Assembly: GCA_045579895.1 (NCBI GenBank)
Contig: JAZNMT010000012.1
Span: 11,165-75,164 of the forward strand
Direction: 5' to 3'
Source: Paludibacteraceae bacterium
Lineage (GTDB): Bacteria; Bacteroidota; Bacteroidia; Bacteroidales; Paludibacteraceae
DNA: 64,000 nucleotides
In this document: positions 1 to 10,177 of the stretch, in pieces
Layout of the letters: the number at the start of each line of letters is the position of its first letter
Position numbering within the stretch: position 1 is the stretch's first letter
Program-made: the position numbers and the translations under genes
The notes under the pieces: generated by a model
What the model saw: the letters and a program-made list of their open reading frames with translations, nothing else
Databases searched by the model: none
What the model was told of the DNA's origin: nothing

Positions 1-1259
1 GCCATTTGTGCCATCTGCTCCGTATCGGAGCAATGCACGCATGCCTCTTCCAGCACTTCCTTCTCATGACGACAAGGCAATTTGGACTGCAATAAATAGC
101 GCGAAACTAAACGGTGCACCATCATATCAGGATACCTCCGAATGGGTGAAGTGAAATGCGTATAATAGGGAAAAGCCAAACCATAATGACCGATATTTGA
201 GGTGGAATATACTGCTTTGGCCATCGAACGAATAGCCAACGTTTCTATCAGCATTTGACTATTGCTACCCTGGCAGCTATCCAACAAGGCATTGATATGC
301 TTATTCTGCACGCTACGCTTATTAGACGTACGTAAGTGGAAACCAAACTGACGGATAAAGTTACCCAATCGAACCAATTTCTCTGGATCGGGCACGTCGT
401 GTACACGATAGACGAAGGGCTTATTGACTATTTCCCTAGCCACTATACGATTAGCCAATAACATAAACTCCTCTATTAGGTAGTTGGCATCTGTTGAGTG
501 GTGAAATACAATATCAGTAGGATTCCCCTCGTTGTCCAAACGGAAGCGTACTTCGGGGGTCTCAAAGTTAATCGCTCCATGTTCAAAACGTTTCGAACGC
601 AATTGTTTTGCTAGGTTATTCAACAAGTGTAATGCCTCCGCTAATGTATCCATGCTATGCCCTTCTATCATCTCTTGGGCTTGCTGATAGGTCAATCGAT
701 AGTCCGAGTTTATCACTGTTCGGCATATCTTATGTCGCAACACTTTCGCAGACTCGTCCATCTCCACCACTACAGACATACATAGTTTATCTTCATTCGG
801 ACGAAGGCTACAGAGTTCATTACACAAACGCTCAGGTAGCATAGGAATCACTTTATCTACTAAATAGATACTCGTACCTCGTTGGTATGCTTCTTCATCC
901 ACTGCCGAATTTTCCAATACATAATGCGTCACATCGGCTATATGAATACCTATCTGGTAGTTCCCTGTTTCTAGCACTTGAAAGGACAACGCATCATCAA
1001 AGTCCTTAGCGTCATCTGGGTCAATGGTAAAGGTTAACACATCGCGCATATCGCGGCGGCGCAAAATCTCTTCAGATGATATATGAGTGGGCAGATGCTT
1101 TAATTCTGCCAACACATGCGCATCGAAATCCGATGGCAATGTATATGCTTCCTTGGCCGTTACTTCGGATGATGCGCGTTTTTCTATGTCGTTGCGCTGA
1201 GCACGTACACGCTTACGATCACGACGCTCACGCTTTGCTATCAAATCTTTTGTTCGCAT
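1..1259 (-). CDS. rnr: RNB-domain 3'-5' exoribonuclease (RNase R / RNase II family), N-terminal part; C-terminus lies beyond the left window edge
   Basis: My own minus-strand translation from the ATG at 1259 stays open to position 1: MRTKDLIAKRERRDRK...RRRDMRDVLTFTIDPDDAKDFDDALSF...GIHIADVTHYV...GTSIYLVDKVIPMLPERLCNELCSLRP...GHYGLAFPYYTHFTSPIRRYPDMMVHR, which are RNB catalytic motifs. It is absent from the ORF track, presumably because it is truncated. A TAtcTTTG box lies upstream on the minus strand near 1295. Confidence 0.85.
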   Translation of the reverse strand, partial: MRTKDLIAKRERRDRKRVRAQRNDIEKRASSEVTAKEAYTLPSDFDAHVLAELKHLPTHISSEEILRRRDMRDVLTFTIDPDDAKDFDDALSFQVLETGNYQIGIHIADVTHYVLENSAVDEEAYQRGTSIYLVDKVIPMLPERLCNELCSLRPNEDKLCMSVVVEMDESAKVLRHKICRTVINSDYRLTYQQAQEMIEGHSMDTLAEALHLLNNLAKQLRSKRFEHGAINFETPEVRFRLDNEGNPTDIVFHHSTDANYLIEEFMLLANRIVAREIVNKPFVYRVHDVPDPEKLVRLGNFIRQFGFHLRTSNKRSVQNKHINALLDSCQGSNSQMLIETLAIRSMAKAVYSTSNIGHYGLAFPYYTHFTSPIRRYPDMMVHRLVSRYLLQSKLPCRHEKEVLEEACVHCSDTEQMAQM

Positions 1260-1342
1260 ATCTTTCCTAATATTTTATAGCGCGTTGCACAAAAATCGTG
1301 CAAAGATACAAAAAAAAATTTGCATATTTGCAATATTTATAG

Positions 1343-1350
1343 TAATTTTG
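1343..1350 (+). promoter_or_regulatory. Bacteroidota-type -7 box (TAatTTTG) upstream of pgk
   Basis: It matches the TAnnTTTG consensus about 95 nt upstream of the pgk ATG. TTTG motifs lie further upstream. Confidence 0.4.
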
Positions 1351-1444
1351 CACCCAAATTGCAACTTTTGCGGAAAAGATTTTACAATAACCTCAGCAAG
1401 AGCAATCTATTGAAACTTTTTAACTAACAAAATACACTACGATT

Positions 1445-2692
1445 ATGACAATTAATGATTACAAATTCGCTGGAAAGAAAGCGATTGTTCGCGTGGACTT
1501 TAATGTGCCATTGAACGAGAATGGAGAGATTACCGACGATACCCGTATCCGCGGTGCGTTGCCAACCCTCAAACACATCCTCGAAGAGGGTGGTGCGCTC
1601 ATCATCATGAGCCACATGGGTAAACCAAAAGGCAAAGTGGTAGCTAAATATAGCTTGAAGCAAATCGTTAACGCTGTTAGTGCTGCACTCGGTGCTCCAG
1701 TACAATTCGCTGAGGATTGCGCTAAGGCTGCTGAACAAGCTGCTGCACTCAAAGCAGGTGAAGTGCTCCTTCTTGAGAACCTCCGCTACTATCCAGAAGA
1801 GGAAGGCAAACCAGTAGGTATTGACAAAGAGGATCCTGCATACGAAGAGGCAAAGAAAGCCATGAAGGCAAGCCAAAAAGAGTTCGCTAAGACCCTCGCA
1901 AGTTATGCTGACTGCTATGTAAACGACGCTTTCGGTACTGCTCACCGCAAACACGCTTCTACAGCTGTGATTGCTGACTACTTCGATGCAGATAACAAGA
2001 TGCTCGGTTACCTCATGGAGAAAGAGGTTCAAGCTGTGGATAACATCCTCTCTAACATCAAACGTCCTTTCACCGCTATCATGGGTGGTTCTAAGGTTTC
2101 TACCAAGATTGGTATCATCGAGAACCTCATGGACAAAGTGGACAACCTCATCCTCTGCGGTGGTATGACCTATACTTTCGCTAAGGCCAACGGTGGCGAG
2201 ATTGGTAACTCTATTTGTGAGAACGACAAACTCGAGCTAGCTCTCGATATCATTGCTCAAGCTAAGGCAAAAGGTGTGAACCTCGTATTGGCTACTGACT
2301 GCGTAGCTGCTGACGCATTCTCTAATGATGCGAACACACAAGTGTGCCCAAGCAACGCTATCCCAGAGGGTTGGGAAGGTGTGGACGCTGGTCCAGAGAG
2401 CCGCAAAGCATTTGCTGCTGCTATTGAAGGTGCAAAGACTATCCTTTGGAACGGTCCTGCAGGTGTGTTTGAGTTCGATAACTTCGCTGCTGGTTCTAAG
2501 GCAATCGCTGAAGCAATTGCTAAAGCAACCGATGAGGGTGCATATAGTTTGATTGGTGGTGGTGATAGCGTAGCTTGTGTCAACAAGTTCGGTATGGCTG
2601 ACCGCGTAAGTTATATTTCTACTGGTGGTGGCGCATTGCTCGAGGCAATCGAGGGTAAAGTCCTCCCAGGCGTAGCAGCAATTAAAGGTTAA
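1445..2692 (+). CDS. pgk: phosphoglycerate kinase
   Basis: The 415 aa ORF reads [13 protein letters not shown]...[16 protein letters not shown]...[11 protein letters not shown]...NDAFGTAHR...STGGGALLE, the canonical PGK motifs. Confidence 0.97.
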   Translation: MTINDYKFAGKKAIVRVDFNVPLNENGEITDDTRIRGALPTLKHILEEGGALIIMSHMGKPKGKVVAKYSLKQIVNAVSAALGAPVQFAEDCAKAAEQAAALKAGEVLLLENLRYYPEEEGKPVGIDKEDPAYEEAKKAMKASQKEFAKTLASYADCYVNDAFGTAHRKHASTAVIADYFDADNKMLGYLMEKEVQAVDNILSNIKRPFTAIMGGSKVSTKIGIIENLMDKVDNLILCGGMTYTFAKANGGEIGNSICENDKLELALDIIAQAKAKGVNLVLATDCVAADAFSNDANTQVCPSNAIPEGWEGVDAGPESRKAFAAAIEGAKTILWNGPAGVFEFDNFAAGSKAIAEAIAKATDEGAYSLIGGGDSVACVNKFGMADRVSYISTGGGALLEAIEGKVLPGVAAIKG

Positions 2693-2696
2693 GAAT

Positions 2697-3089
2697 ATGG
2701 AAATTTCAGGTAAGATTATACAAGTATTGCCAGAGCAAGGTGGTATTAGCAAAACCTCTGGCAAAGAATGGAAGCTTCAAGCATACGTACTCGAGACACA
2801 GGAGCAATATCCTCGTAAGGTGCATTTTGAGGTGTTTGGCGAAGACCGAATCAAAGCCAACCCTTGCCAATTGGATGATATTGTAACCGTCAGCTTTGAC
2901 ATTGAGAGCCGCGAGTTCAACGGTCGCTGGTACACTTCTATCCGCGCATGGAAGATTCAACAAGGCGTAGTTGACGCTACTGCTCCACAAATTGTTCCTG
3001 CTGCACAACCCGTAGCTGCTCCACAAGCCAATGTGGAAACTTTCGACGCTACAGCAGGCGTAGATGAAACTACTGATCTCCCATTCTAA
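2697..3089 (+). CDS. DUF3127-like small protein
   Basis: The 130 aa ORF begins MEISGKIIQVLPEQGGISKTSGKEWKLQAYVLETQEQYPRKVHFEVFGEDRI, which resembles the Bacteroidota DUF3127 family as I recall it. It starts 5 nt after pgk. Confidence 0.6.
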   Translation: MEISGKIIQVLPEQGGISKTSGKEWKLQAYVLETQEQYPRKVHFEVFGEDRIKANPCQLDDIVTVSFDIESREFNGRWYTSIRAWKIQQGVVDATAPQIVPAAQPVAAPQANVETFDATAGVDETTDLPF

Positions 3090-4075
3090 TGCGTCGTTGG
3101 ATTGGATGGATTATCGTGCTTTGCCTTCTGGCAGGTGGCGCTACTACTTGCGCCATCCGCTGGGAGGCGTGGTTTGGTAATCCACCTGAGCCAGAATGGA
3201 CAGAACCTATCATCACGCATCAGTTTAAGACTTTTAACAATGATAGTGTATTGCGTGCTTTGCAACGTGACACATTGTCGTTTCTTTTGTTGGGCGATAT
3301 TCATAATTCGCTCACTAACGACCAAATGGCTGCTCTCTCTGAGCGCCATTCGGATATACAATTCTGGGCACAGACGGGCGATTGGATGGAGAGACCTTAT
3401 CTTTGCTATGAGCAGATGATGTACCAATCGTTGTTGGGTACACGTCTTGACTCGCTGCCTATTGTAGCCATTCCTGGTAATCACGAATATCTTAAAGGAA
3501 TAGTAAAAACCTTACCCGAACATTGGAAAACCATCTTCCCTAATCCGCAGAATGGTCCTGCCAGGTTCATAGGTACGACCTACTTTGTGGACTTCCCACA
3601 CCTGCGACTAATAGCTATTGACACGGATGGTCTGCATCGTATGTCAGACTATACACAAGTAGCATTTTGGCTAAAGAAAACCTTGCGTGAGGCAGGTAAT
3701 AAGTTCACCATAGTGATGATGCACCATCCTGTATATAGTACCGCTAAAGGCAGACAAAATCCGCTCATGTGGCTAACGTTTTACGATGCTATGCGCGAAG
3801 CGGATGTGGTGTTCTCTGGTCATGACCATAACTACGCTCGCCGTACAGAGTATTATAAGGAGCGTTTTTGGAAGAAAGAAGAACCTACAGTGTTTATTAC
3901 TACCAACGCCTCGACAAAGAACTACCCCACCAAAGAGAATACGAAATACGACTATTCTTTCTCAGGCGCACCAGTGTATGAATATCTGCAAATCACTTCA
4001 GATGTATTACGTATCGCTACGTATGAAATGCATTCAGGCGAATTGCTGGATAAGGTAGAAATCTTACACAATTAA
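3089..4075 (+). CDS. calcineurin-like metallophosphoesterase with N-terminal membrane anchor
   Basis: The metallophosphatase motifs are present: LLLGDIHNS, QTGDWMER, IPGNHEY, VMMHHPVYS, FSGHDHNYAR. The N-terminus is hydrophobic. Confidence 0.8.
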   Translation: MRRWIGWIIVLCLLAGGATTCAIRWEAWFGNPPEPEWTEPIITHQFKTFNNDSVLRALQRDTLSFLLLGDIHNSLTNDQMAALSERHSDIQFWAQTGDWMERPYLCYEQMMYQSLLGTRLDSLPIVAIPGNHEYLKGIVKTLPEHWKTIFPNPQNGPARFIGTTYFVDFPHLRLIAIDTDGLHRMSDYTQVAFWLKKTLREAGNKFTIVMMHHPVYSTAKGRQNPLMWLTFYDAMREADVVFSGHDHNYARRTEYYKERFWKKEEPTVFITTNASTKNYPTKENTKYDYSFSGAPVYEYLQITSDVLRIATYEMHSGELLDKVEILHN

Positions 4076-4076
4076 A

Positions 4077-5396
4077 CTACCGTATAACCAACCACCTCGG
4101 TTGGTTATATTTTTCTTTATTGAGATATACTTGCAAGGTAGGGTCTTCTGTAGTCTTCAGTTGTACTCCTATCAAGTCTGCCCATTTTTGAGCTTTTTGG
4201 GTGTTCTTGCGATGCCGTTGAATACTGCGTGTATTCTTCTCCCAGTGGCGTTGTTTCTTGGCTTTAATGCATGGTTGCATAATAATGTTTTGTGAAATAG
4301 CAGTATCTATTTCGTTTTGTGTAGCAAACATAACAGGTTCGTGCGATAGTTTTCTGCATTTCTCTAACCATTGATTCCATGCGTTATCTGTTTTATCTAC
4401 TACTGGTTGTGACCATTTTTCGGTTAATTCTTCGTTGGTGATTTTCTTCCATAAACGCCATGTGATAGGTTCTTCAGATATATAGTAGGGGTATTCTGCG
4501 GGTACATATAGCAATTTGATATGTAGATTCTTTATTTTCAATTTCCTCACTAGAGCAGGTTCCTCTTCTACTTGTAATGTTGGTTCACTAGGTAAGGTGA
4601 ATGCCAATCGTAATCCGCAATAACTGGTTGCGTCCTTAGGTGGCTGATAGTGTCTGTATGAGATATGACTATTTGCTTGGCAGTTATCAAAACTACCTCC
4701 TCGTACTATTTTATCGTTACCTGTGATAGGTCCTATGGGATTTGGTTCTGTTCCAATGTAATATGGGGCATACCAATCGCTGCACCATTCGCTTACATTG
4801 CCAGTCATATCATATAGTCCTAATTCATTGGGCTTTTTTAGTCCCACTGTATGTTTGCGAAAACCTGCATTACTCAATCCCCAACTCACGCTATCTGCTA
4901 TGTTGCTACCTGCAAAGCGAAAACTTTGGCTATCGTTTCCGCCACGCGCTGCAAACTCCCATTCCGCTTCAGTTGGTAGGCGAAACGGCATACCAGTAAT
5001 GCTATCTAATCTTTGGATAAATACTTGACAGTCATACCAACTAACATCCGTAATAGGGTGATTCGGGTTATGCCATTCATCCATGATTTCCCATTCGGGC
5101 ATAACGGCTTGCCACAGGGCTTGTGTTACTTCGGTATGGCCGATATAATAGGCATTAAGGGCGATGGTATGGGTAGGAAGATCAGTAGAGATAGGGTCAC
5201 GATGTTGTTCACGTGTACCGCCCATGACAAATACCCCACCTTCCACACGCTGCATACTAAATGGTACATTATTCACTTCAAAACAAAGCACTTCTAGCGA
5301 ATCAGGAATATTGGTTTTAGGTTTAGCAAAAAGCGAGTTGGTTGCCATAAACAACCAACTCACTAATATGTATAAGGTATATTTTTGCATAGCCAA
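4077..5396 (-). CDS. secreted formylglycine-generating-enzyme (SUMF1/FGE-sulfatase) domain protein with an uncharacterised C-terminal half
   Basis: It has a signal peptide. FGE-type motifs include HTEVTQALW, DVSWYDCQVFIQRL, RLPTEAEWEFAARGG, GNVSEWCSDWY and RGGSF. Confidence 0.75.
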   Translation of the reverse strand: MAMQKYTLYILVSWLFMATNSLFAKPKTNIPDSLEVLCFEVNNVPFSMQRVEGGVFVMGGTREQHRDPISTDLPTHTIALNAYYIGHTEVTQALWQAVMPEWEIMDEWHNPNHPITDVSWYDCQVFIQRLDSITGMPFRLPTEAEWEFAARGGNDSQSFRFAGSNIADSVSWGLSNAGFRKHTVGLKKPNELGLYDMTGNVSEWCSDWYAPYYIGTEPNPIGPITGNDKIVRGGSFDNCQANSHISYRHYQPPKDATSYCGLRLAFTLPSEPTLQVEEEPALVRKLKIKNLHIKLLYVPAEYPYYISEEPITWRLWKKITNEELTEKWSQPVVDKTDNAWNQWLEKCRKLSHEPVMFATQNEIDTAISQNIIMQPCIKAKKQRHWEKNTRSIQRHRKNTQKAQKWADLIGVQLKTTEDPTLQVYLNKEKYNQPRWLVIR

Positions 5397-5439
5397 AACA
5401 TACTATGCAAAATCTATGCCAATCGCAGGGACAGCGCGC

Positions 5440-8391
5440 TCAGTTTACTTTAACGCCAAGCACGTTGTATGTTTTTCCGTCATGGATGATGAATAGTTGA
5501 CCATCGCGGAGGAGTTTTTGGTACGAAGGTTGGGAGGAGTGAATATCCTTTACCGATGTTGGTTCTTGGTTATAGACACAACCGAAGGTATCGTAGTCGG
5601 GATGGTCGGTGGTGTAGAGGCAACTATCTTCGCGCCAAGCACAGAGCATGACTGAACTTTCTATTTCGCTGCTGCGGGCACTTCTGCTTGGTGCGGCATG
5701 AGCGTTGCTTGTTCGTTTGGCAGCGTTATGCACAATGCCATCCACAGAGCCGAGACCTGCTAACCATACTTTTTCTGCGTTTTCGGCAGTGGTCTCATCG
5801 GGGAAGACTACCTCCAACAACATACGACATGCGCCATTCTCGAGGGTGTCTTTGCCTGTAACTACGTGTTTATAAGTGGTTTCTTGTGGGTAGTTGTTGA
5901 TACCTGCAAAGATTTCCACAGTGTCGCCTGGTTCGGCGGTGAAGTCGTAGAGCACATATTCTACTCCATCGCGGAGGAAGTACACACGGTTGTCTTCATC
6001 TTTGCCGAAATGTAGTGCACCTACTACAGACTTGGTGGTGGCAGTATCTTTGGTAGATTGGCGTGCGAGTTGGAAATAGGTTTTGTTGTTCATCTGTTGC
6101 GAGATATCTTCCAACGTGTAGCTGAAAGTCTCTGCTTGCAGGATAGTGTGGTTATTATCCATTTGGCGAAGCACAACTTCTAACTGATTCCATTGTGTAG
6201 GGGTTGGTCTGCCACCAATCTGTCCATCTTTGGCATGGTCTTTTTTAGGTCCACTATTGTAGTCGCACAAGCACTCTGCGCCTAATTCATCCATTTTAAC
6301 TGGATCCATCTGGTAGAGGAGTTTATTGTTCTTGCTTACGCAAACTAACAGATCTCCATAGTAGCAAGTTGGGAGTTCTTCTATTTGTATTAATCCAAAG
6401 TAGTCTCCTCCCCAATATTCATCACCAAGTACACCTATTCCTTCTACATAAGTTATTCCACCTGCCCATCCTGTAGCCAAATACCATGTTTTATACTCTT
6501 TACCATCTAACAAAGTAATAGTAGATATTTTATCTACAACCACCTTATCCGTAGGTATAGTATCCGTGATTAGATCTCCACTCTCATCAATATCTACAAC
6601 CACTCTATAATCTACCACGGAAACTGCATATTCGGGATAAACGCCATAATCCATTGCAAGTAGGGATATGGAGTCGCCTACTTCTAAATTCCAGTCATAA
6701 AGAACGAGATCTTTATCATAAGCAGCACTGTATATTAATACTTGATTATTTTCCTCACGAAGAAACATTTTACCAAAACGCAAGTATGGTTTGTCGTTTA
6801 TAGTAACGATTTCATTTGAAGCGGTCAATGAAGAATAGCTATCTGAACACTCGGTATAGTGATAAAAAGTTGTTCGCTGCAAACCCCAGAGTGTTGGGAA
6901 GAGGTCTTCGGGGGTTTGTTCTGCATCATCACCGCAACCGTATTCCTCGTATAAAGGACCTGTGTATTTTAGTTCATCGCCTTTGTGCGCACAAAGCAAA
7001 TACTCTGAACCACCACCATCCATTTCTACGTAATGATTGATGCCATTAAGAAATCCATTTATATCACCGACTCCTTCTATCCATTGGGTTTGACGATAGA
7101 ATTCTCTAAAATCATTAGGATGATTATGTACTTGCAAAGTAATAGTCGCAGGACACCCTACACATGCGTATTGTTCAACACCTGTTACGGTGCATTTATA
7201 TGTTTTGATTTCAGATGTATAGTTGTTGATACCAGCAAATACTTCTAACTCATCACCTTCTTGGACATTGAAATCATACAATAAGTATTCGGCGTTATCG
7301 TAATAGACATACACCTTTCTATCATCAGTAAAACGAACAGCTGCCACATAATGAGGTGCATCAAGAGCATCATTGATTTCTTTTTGCACAACAGCGGTAT
7401 AGGTATAATCACCAATAACAGTGTCTTGCGCCAACTGATAGCGATAAATTTCTTCAACTGGTGGATGTACACTGCCAGTTTTTACTAATATATTCCATGT
7501 ATCGCACCATTGGGATTTGTAGGAGGTAGGTTCAATAGGCAAGACTTTAGTAAACCATTTCCAATGCTCTGCATTTTTATATGCCTCAACAGACTCGGCA
7601 GGGACATAAATTGTAGGATTGTTGTATATGGGATTCGAACCGAAAAATGTATTGCTGCTAATCGTTGGTGGTTCTATGGCATAACAAATGATTGTATTAA
7701 GACTAAAACAATCTGCAAAAGCCCAATCGCTAATTTCTATTAGGGTTGCGGACAATGTGATTGAAGATAGCAAAATAGAGTTGTTGAATGCAGATCGTCC
7801 TATCTTTGTTGTACCAGTTGGAATCGTGATACTTTCTAATGCAGAATTATAAAAAGCATTATCCCCTATTTCAGCAACGGAATTAGGAATAATAGTCGTT
7901 TTGCAACCTGCAATCAAGGTGTTAGGCGTAAAGTATGGATTTTGAGATGTTGTGATAATAGCATTGCAGTTCTCGCGACTATCATAGTAAGGATTTTCGC
8001 TATCAACCACCACGGTTTTTAGATTTGGGCACCCTGCTAATGCATTTTTATTGATAACACTAGTCGTTTTAGGAATAGTAATGGACTCTACGACAGAACT
8101 GGCATCATTAGTAAAAACTACTGAACCCATTCCAAATGTAATTATACGATATTCTGTATTTCCATAGGAAACAAATTCTGGAATAACAACATCCTTGTTG
8201 CAATCTGCTATTTCAATTAACGCAGCAGAACCATATGGAAACAGCGTATTGGAAGGCAATACCTTATAAGCAAAGCCGTTTATATGGAAATCATTCACAT
8301 ATTCAAATTCATATGCGAAGGTTGACACACTTGCCATGAGGGCGAGGGTGAGAGCAAAGAGTTTGCTGCGGAAAGAGTTGATTGTTTTCAT
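5440..8391 (-). CDS. large surface protein: BspA-type leucine-rich repeats, three copies of an internal domain, C-terminal T9SS-type sorting tail
   Basis: The 983 aa ORF has a signal peptide. N-terminal LRR_5-like repeats include IPNSVAEIGDNAFYNS and TIPTGTTKIGRSAFNNS. The motif LYDF..EGD.LE.FAGINNY recurs. The C-terminal tail is LLRDGQLFIIHDGKTYNVLGVKVN. Confidence 0.7.
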   Translation of the reverse strand: MKTINSFRSKLFALTLALMASVSTFAYEFEYVNDFHINGFAYKVLPSNTLFPYGSAALIEIADCNKDVVIPEFVSYGNTEYRIITFGMGSVVFTNDASSVVESITIPKTTSVINKNALAGCPNLKTVVVDSENPYYDSRENCNAIITTSQNPYFTPNTLIAGCKTTIIPNSVAEIGDNAFYNSALESITIPTGTTKIGRSAFNNSILLSSITLSATLIEISDWAFADCFSLNTIICYAIEPPTISSNTFFGSNPIYNNPTIYVPAESVEAYKNAEHWKWFTKVLPIEPTSYKSQWCDTWNILVKTGSVHPPVEEIYRYQLAQDTVIGDYTYTAVVQKEINDALDAPHYVAAVRFTDDRKVYVYYDNAEYLLYDFNVQEGDELEVFAGINNYTSEIKTYKCTVTGVEQYACVGCPATITLQVHNHPNDFREFYRQTQWIEGVGDINGFLNGINHYVEMDGGGSEYLLCAHKGDELKYTGPLYEEYGCGDDAEQTPEDLFPTLWGLQRTTFYHYTECSDSYSSLTASNEIVTINDKPYLRFGKMFLREENNQVLIYSAAYDKDLVLYDWNLEVGDSISLLAMDYGVYPEYAVSVVDYRVVVDIDESGDLITDTIPTDKVVVDKISTITLLDGKEYKTWYLATGWAGGITYVEGIGVLGDEYWGGDYFGLIQIEELPTCYYGDLLVCVSKNNKLLYQMDPVKMDELGAECLCDYNSGPKKDHAKDGQIGGRPTPTQWNQLEVVLRQMDNNHTILQAETFSYTLEDISQQMNNKTYFQLARQSTKDTATTKSVVGALHFGKDEDNRVYFLRDGVEYVLYDFTAEPGDTVEIFAGINNYPQETTYKHVVTGKDTLENGACRMLLEVVFPDETTAENAEKVWLAGLGSVDGIVHNAAKRTSNAHAAPSRSARSSEIESSVMLCAWREDSCLYTTDHPDYDTFGCVYNQEPTSVKDIHSSQPSYQKLLRDGQLFIIHDGKTYNVLGVKVN

Positions 8392-8441
8392 ATCGCTATT
8401 ATTTATAGGTTATACATTGTTGTTGCAACTGAATTTTGTTG

Positions 8442-8449
8442 CAAAGGTA
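8442..8449 (-). promoter_or_regulatory. -7 box (TAccTTTG on minus strand) for the LRR protein gene
   Basis: The plus-strand caaaggta lies about 50 nt upstream of the 8391 start. Confidence 0.45.
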
Positions 8450-8549
8450 GTACAATTTGGTAACATCTGCAATAGGCAAAAGCATTTGTACAGACTATAA
8501 AAATGTATTGTGTTGATAATCTATTATTTGTGGTAAAAATGTACAGTTT

Positions 8550-9962
8550 TTATTTTTCGCTTTGTAGCATTGCGTGTAGGAAATGATACAGTTCTCGGGT
8601 GGGGATGCCTATCTTCTGGGCGATGCGGCGTTTGAAGGTGCTGACGCCTGTGGCGGAGTAGTGCATCCAATCTGCCAGTTCTTCCAATGAGGCATTGGGA
8701 TAAAGAAGCATATATGTACAAAAGACATTTTCACGGTTGGATAGTTGGTGCGTTTCCAACTCAGATAGCCAGTCGTGGAGCAGGGGAGCTAAGTCCTTCT
8801 TTAGTTCGTTATAGTCGTTCCACTGTTTGCGAGGGCGTGGATAGGTGGCGCGGATGTCGGACAGTTGGGCACTGATGGATAGGTCTTCTATCTGATGATG
8901 TGCCACTTGCAAGCGACGGGCAGCGTGTCGGCGGTGCAGTAGGATAGCGATGACTAATAACAAGCAGGCTGCGAGTAAACATAGGAGCGTAATCCATGCC
9001 CAGCGATAAGGATAAGGGTTAGCCAGATGCTCTTTCAGCAGGGTGAGTGCGCCGTGGTACTTGCCGACTTGTGCGTTAAGCAGACGGTTGGCATCTTGGC
9101 GAGCATGGGCATAACGGCTCAGTCGCTCAATATCATTGTTGGCTTTGGCATCCTGCATGAGGCAGTAGTAGGCATTGACTAACTCGTTTGGCGTAGCGGA
9201 CTGCTCCACGATGATTTGTGCGTAAGGCAACGCCGAGGCTTGGTCTCCCATGTCGAGATAAACTTGCATGAGCTTCTTATAGGTATAGAGGCGGTCTTCC
9301 TCGTACTGCCAGAGGTTTAAGGCGTGGTGGAAGTGGTGGAGGGCAGAATCATATTGGAGTTGCTCGTAAAAATAAAGGCCTTTGGTTTCGTAGAAGCGCG
9401 CGAGGTAGTAGTCGTCTATGTTGTAGGAGGCAGCTATGCGGAGTATGCTGTCTGCCTCGGCGAATTGGTGAAGGTAGGTGTGGAACTCGCTGATATCCAA
9501 TAGAGTGTGTGCGTAGTACCAATCTTTGCCACTTTCGTGGAAGGCGCAGTTGGCACGGATGAAGAAGGTAAGGGCGAGGGTGTCGCTCTCGTTTTGTTTG
9601 GCTATATGCGCCATGCAGGAGTTGATACGCCCGCGGTAAATAGGATCATCTATCTGCGCGCGGTCGGCTGCGATATAATGCGCTGCGGCTTGGGTGATCT
9701 GGTTGTTGAGACTGAGATGACGCCCGATGTAGTAATGAGCTTTGCCGAGTTGGTTGTGTGCAAAGAGTTTGCCAAAAGGGGTGTCGAGTGTGCGAATGGC
9801 TTGCTGAAGCGCAGTGGTGTCGGGATAGAGCAGGTGTTCGTGCTGGTCCAGACTGTCTGCAATGGCAATGGTGTGCTTGGCTTCTTGGTAGCGGGTGGTG
9901 TAGCCACAGGAAGCCAGAAGCAGGCAGAGGAGCAGAAAGGTGAGATGACGGATTGGCGACAT
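8550..9962 (-). CDS. lipoprotein-type TPR-repeat protein with a central transmembrane helix and C-terminal HTH-like domain (putative regulator)
   Basis: I chose the start at MSPIRHLTFLLLCLLLASCG (lipobox) because a TAccTTTG box at 9991-9998 lies inside the longer track ORF (to 10034). The body is TPR-like and helical. The TM helix is WAWITLLCLLAACLLLVIAILL. The C-terminus LSNRENVFCTYMLLYPNASLEELADWMHYSATGVSTFKRRIAQKIG looks like an HTH. Confidence 0.6.
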   Translation of the reverse strand: MSPIRHLTFLLLCLLLASCGYTTRYQEAKHTIAIADSLDQHEHLLYPDTTALQQAIRTLDTPFGKLFAHNQLGKAHYYIGRHLSLNNQITQAAAHYIAADRAQIDDPIYRGRINSCMAHIAKQNESDTLALTFFIRANCAFHESGKDWYYAHTLLDISEFHTYLHQFAEADSILRIAASYNIDDYYLARFYETKGLYFYEQLQYDSALHHFHHALNLWQYEEDRLYTYKKLMQVYLDMGDQASALPYAQIIVEQSATPNELVNAYYCLMQDAKANNDIERLSRYAHARQDANRLLNAQVGKYHGALTLLKEHLANPYPYRWAWITLLCLLAACLLLVIAILLHRRHAARRLQVAHHQIEDLSISAQLSDIRATYPRPRKQWNDYNELKKDLAPLLHDWLSELETHQLSNRENVFCTYMLLYPNASLEELADWMHYSATGVSTFKRRIAQKIGIPTRELYHFLHAMLQSEK

Positions 9963-9990
9963 AAGGCAGTGTATTTGGTGATTTCGTTTG

Positions 9991-9998
9991 CAAAGGTA
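9991..9998 (-). promoter_or_regulatory. -7 box (TAccTTTG) for the TPR/HTH gene
   Basis: The plus-strand caaaggta lies 29 nt upstream of the ATG at 9962. Confidence 0.45.
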
Positions 9999-10177
9999 GT
10001 AAAAATATCGGACGTGGGCAAGTGTATAGAACATATGTACATGATTTTGCGAGAAGAATGATTGATTATTTGGCAGTTGTGGGGATTTTGTACAGGGGAG
10101 TTTAGTATTTCATTTATGTTCTTCTGTCCTAAAATTTCATAACCTCAGTTTTAGCACTATGCCTACAAAAGGATACG

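Noticed and set aside
1424-2764. Several 97-202-aa minus-strand ORFs over pgk
   Set aside because: They are antisense to an unambiguous pgk gene and have no motifs. They are typical shadow frames.
9507-10061. 184-aa plus-strand ORF (and 115-130-aa minus-strand alternative frames) over the TPR gene
   Set aside because: They overlap the TPR/HTH gene, which has a lipoprotein signal, a promoter and domain logic. The alternative frames are low-complexity.
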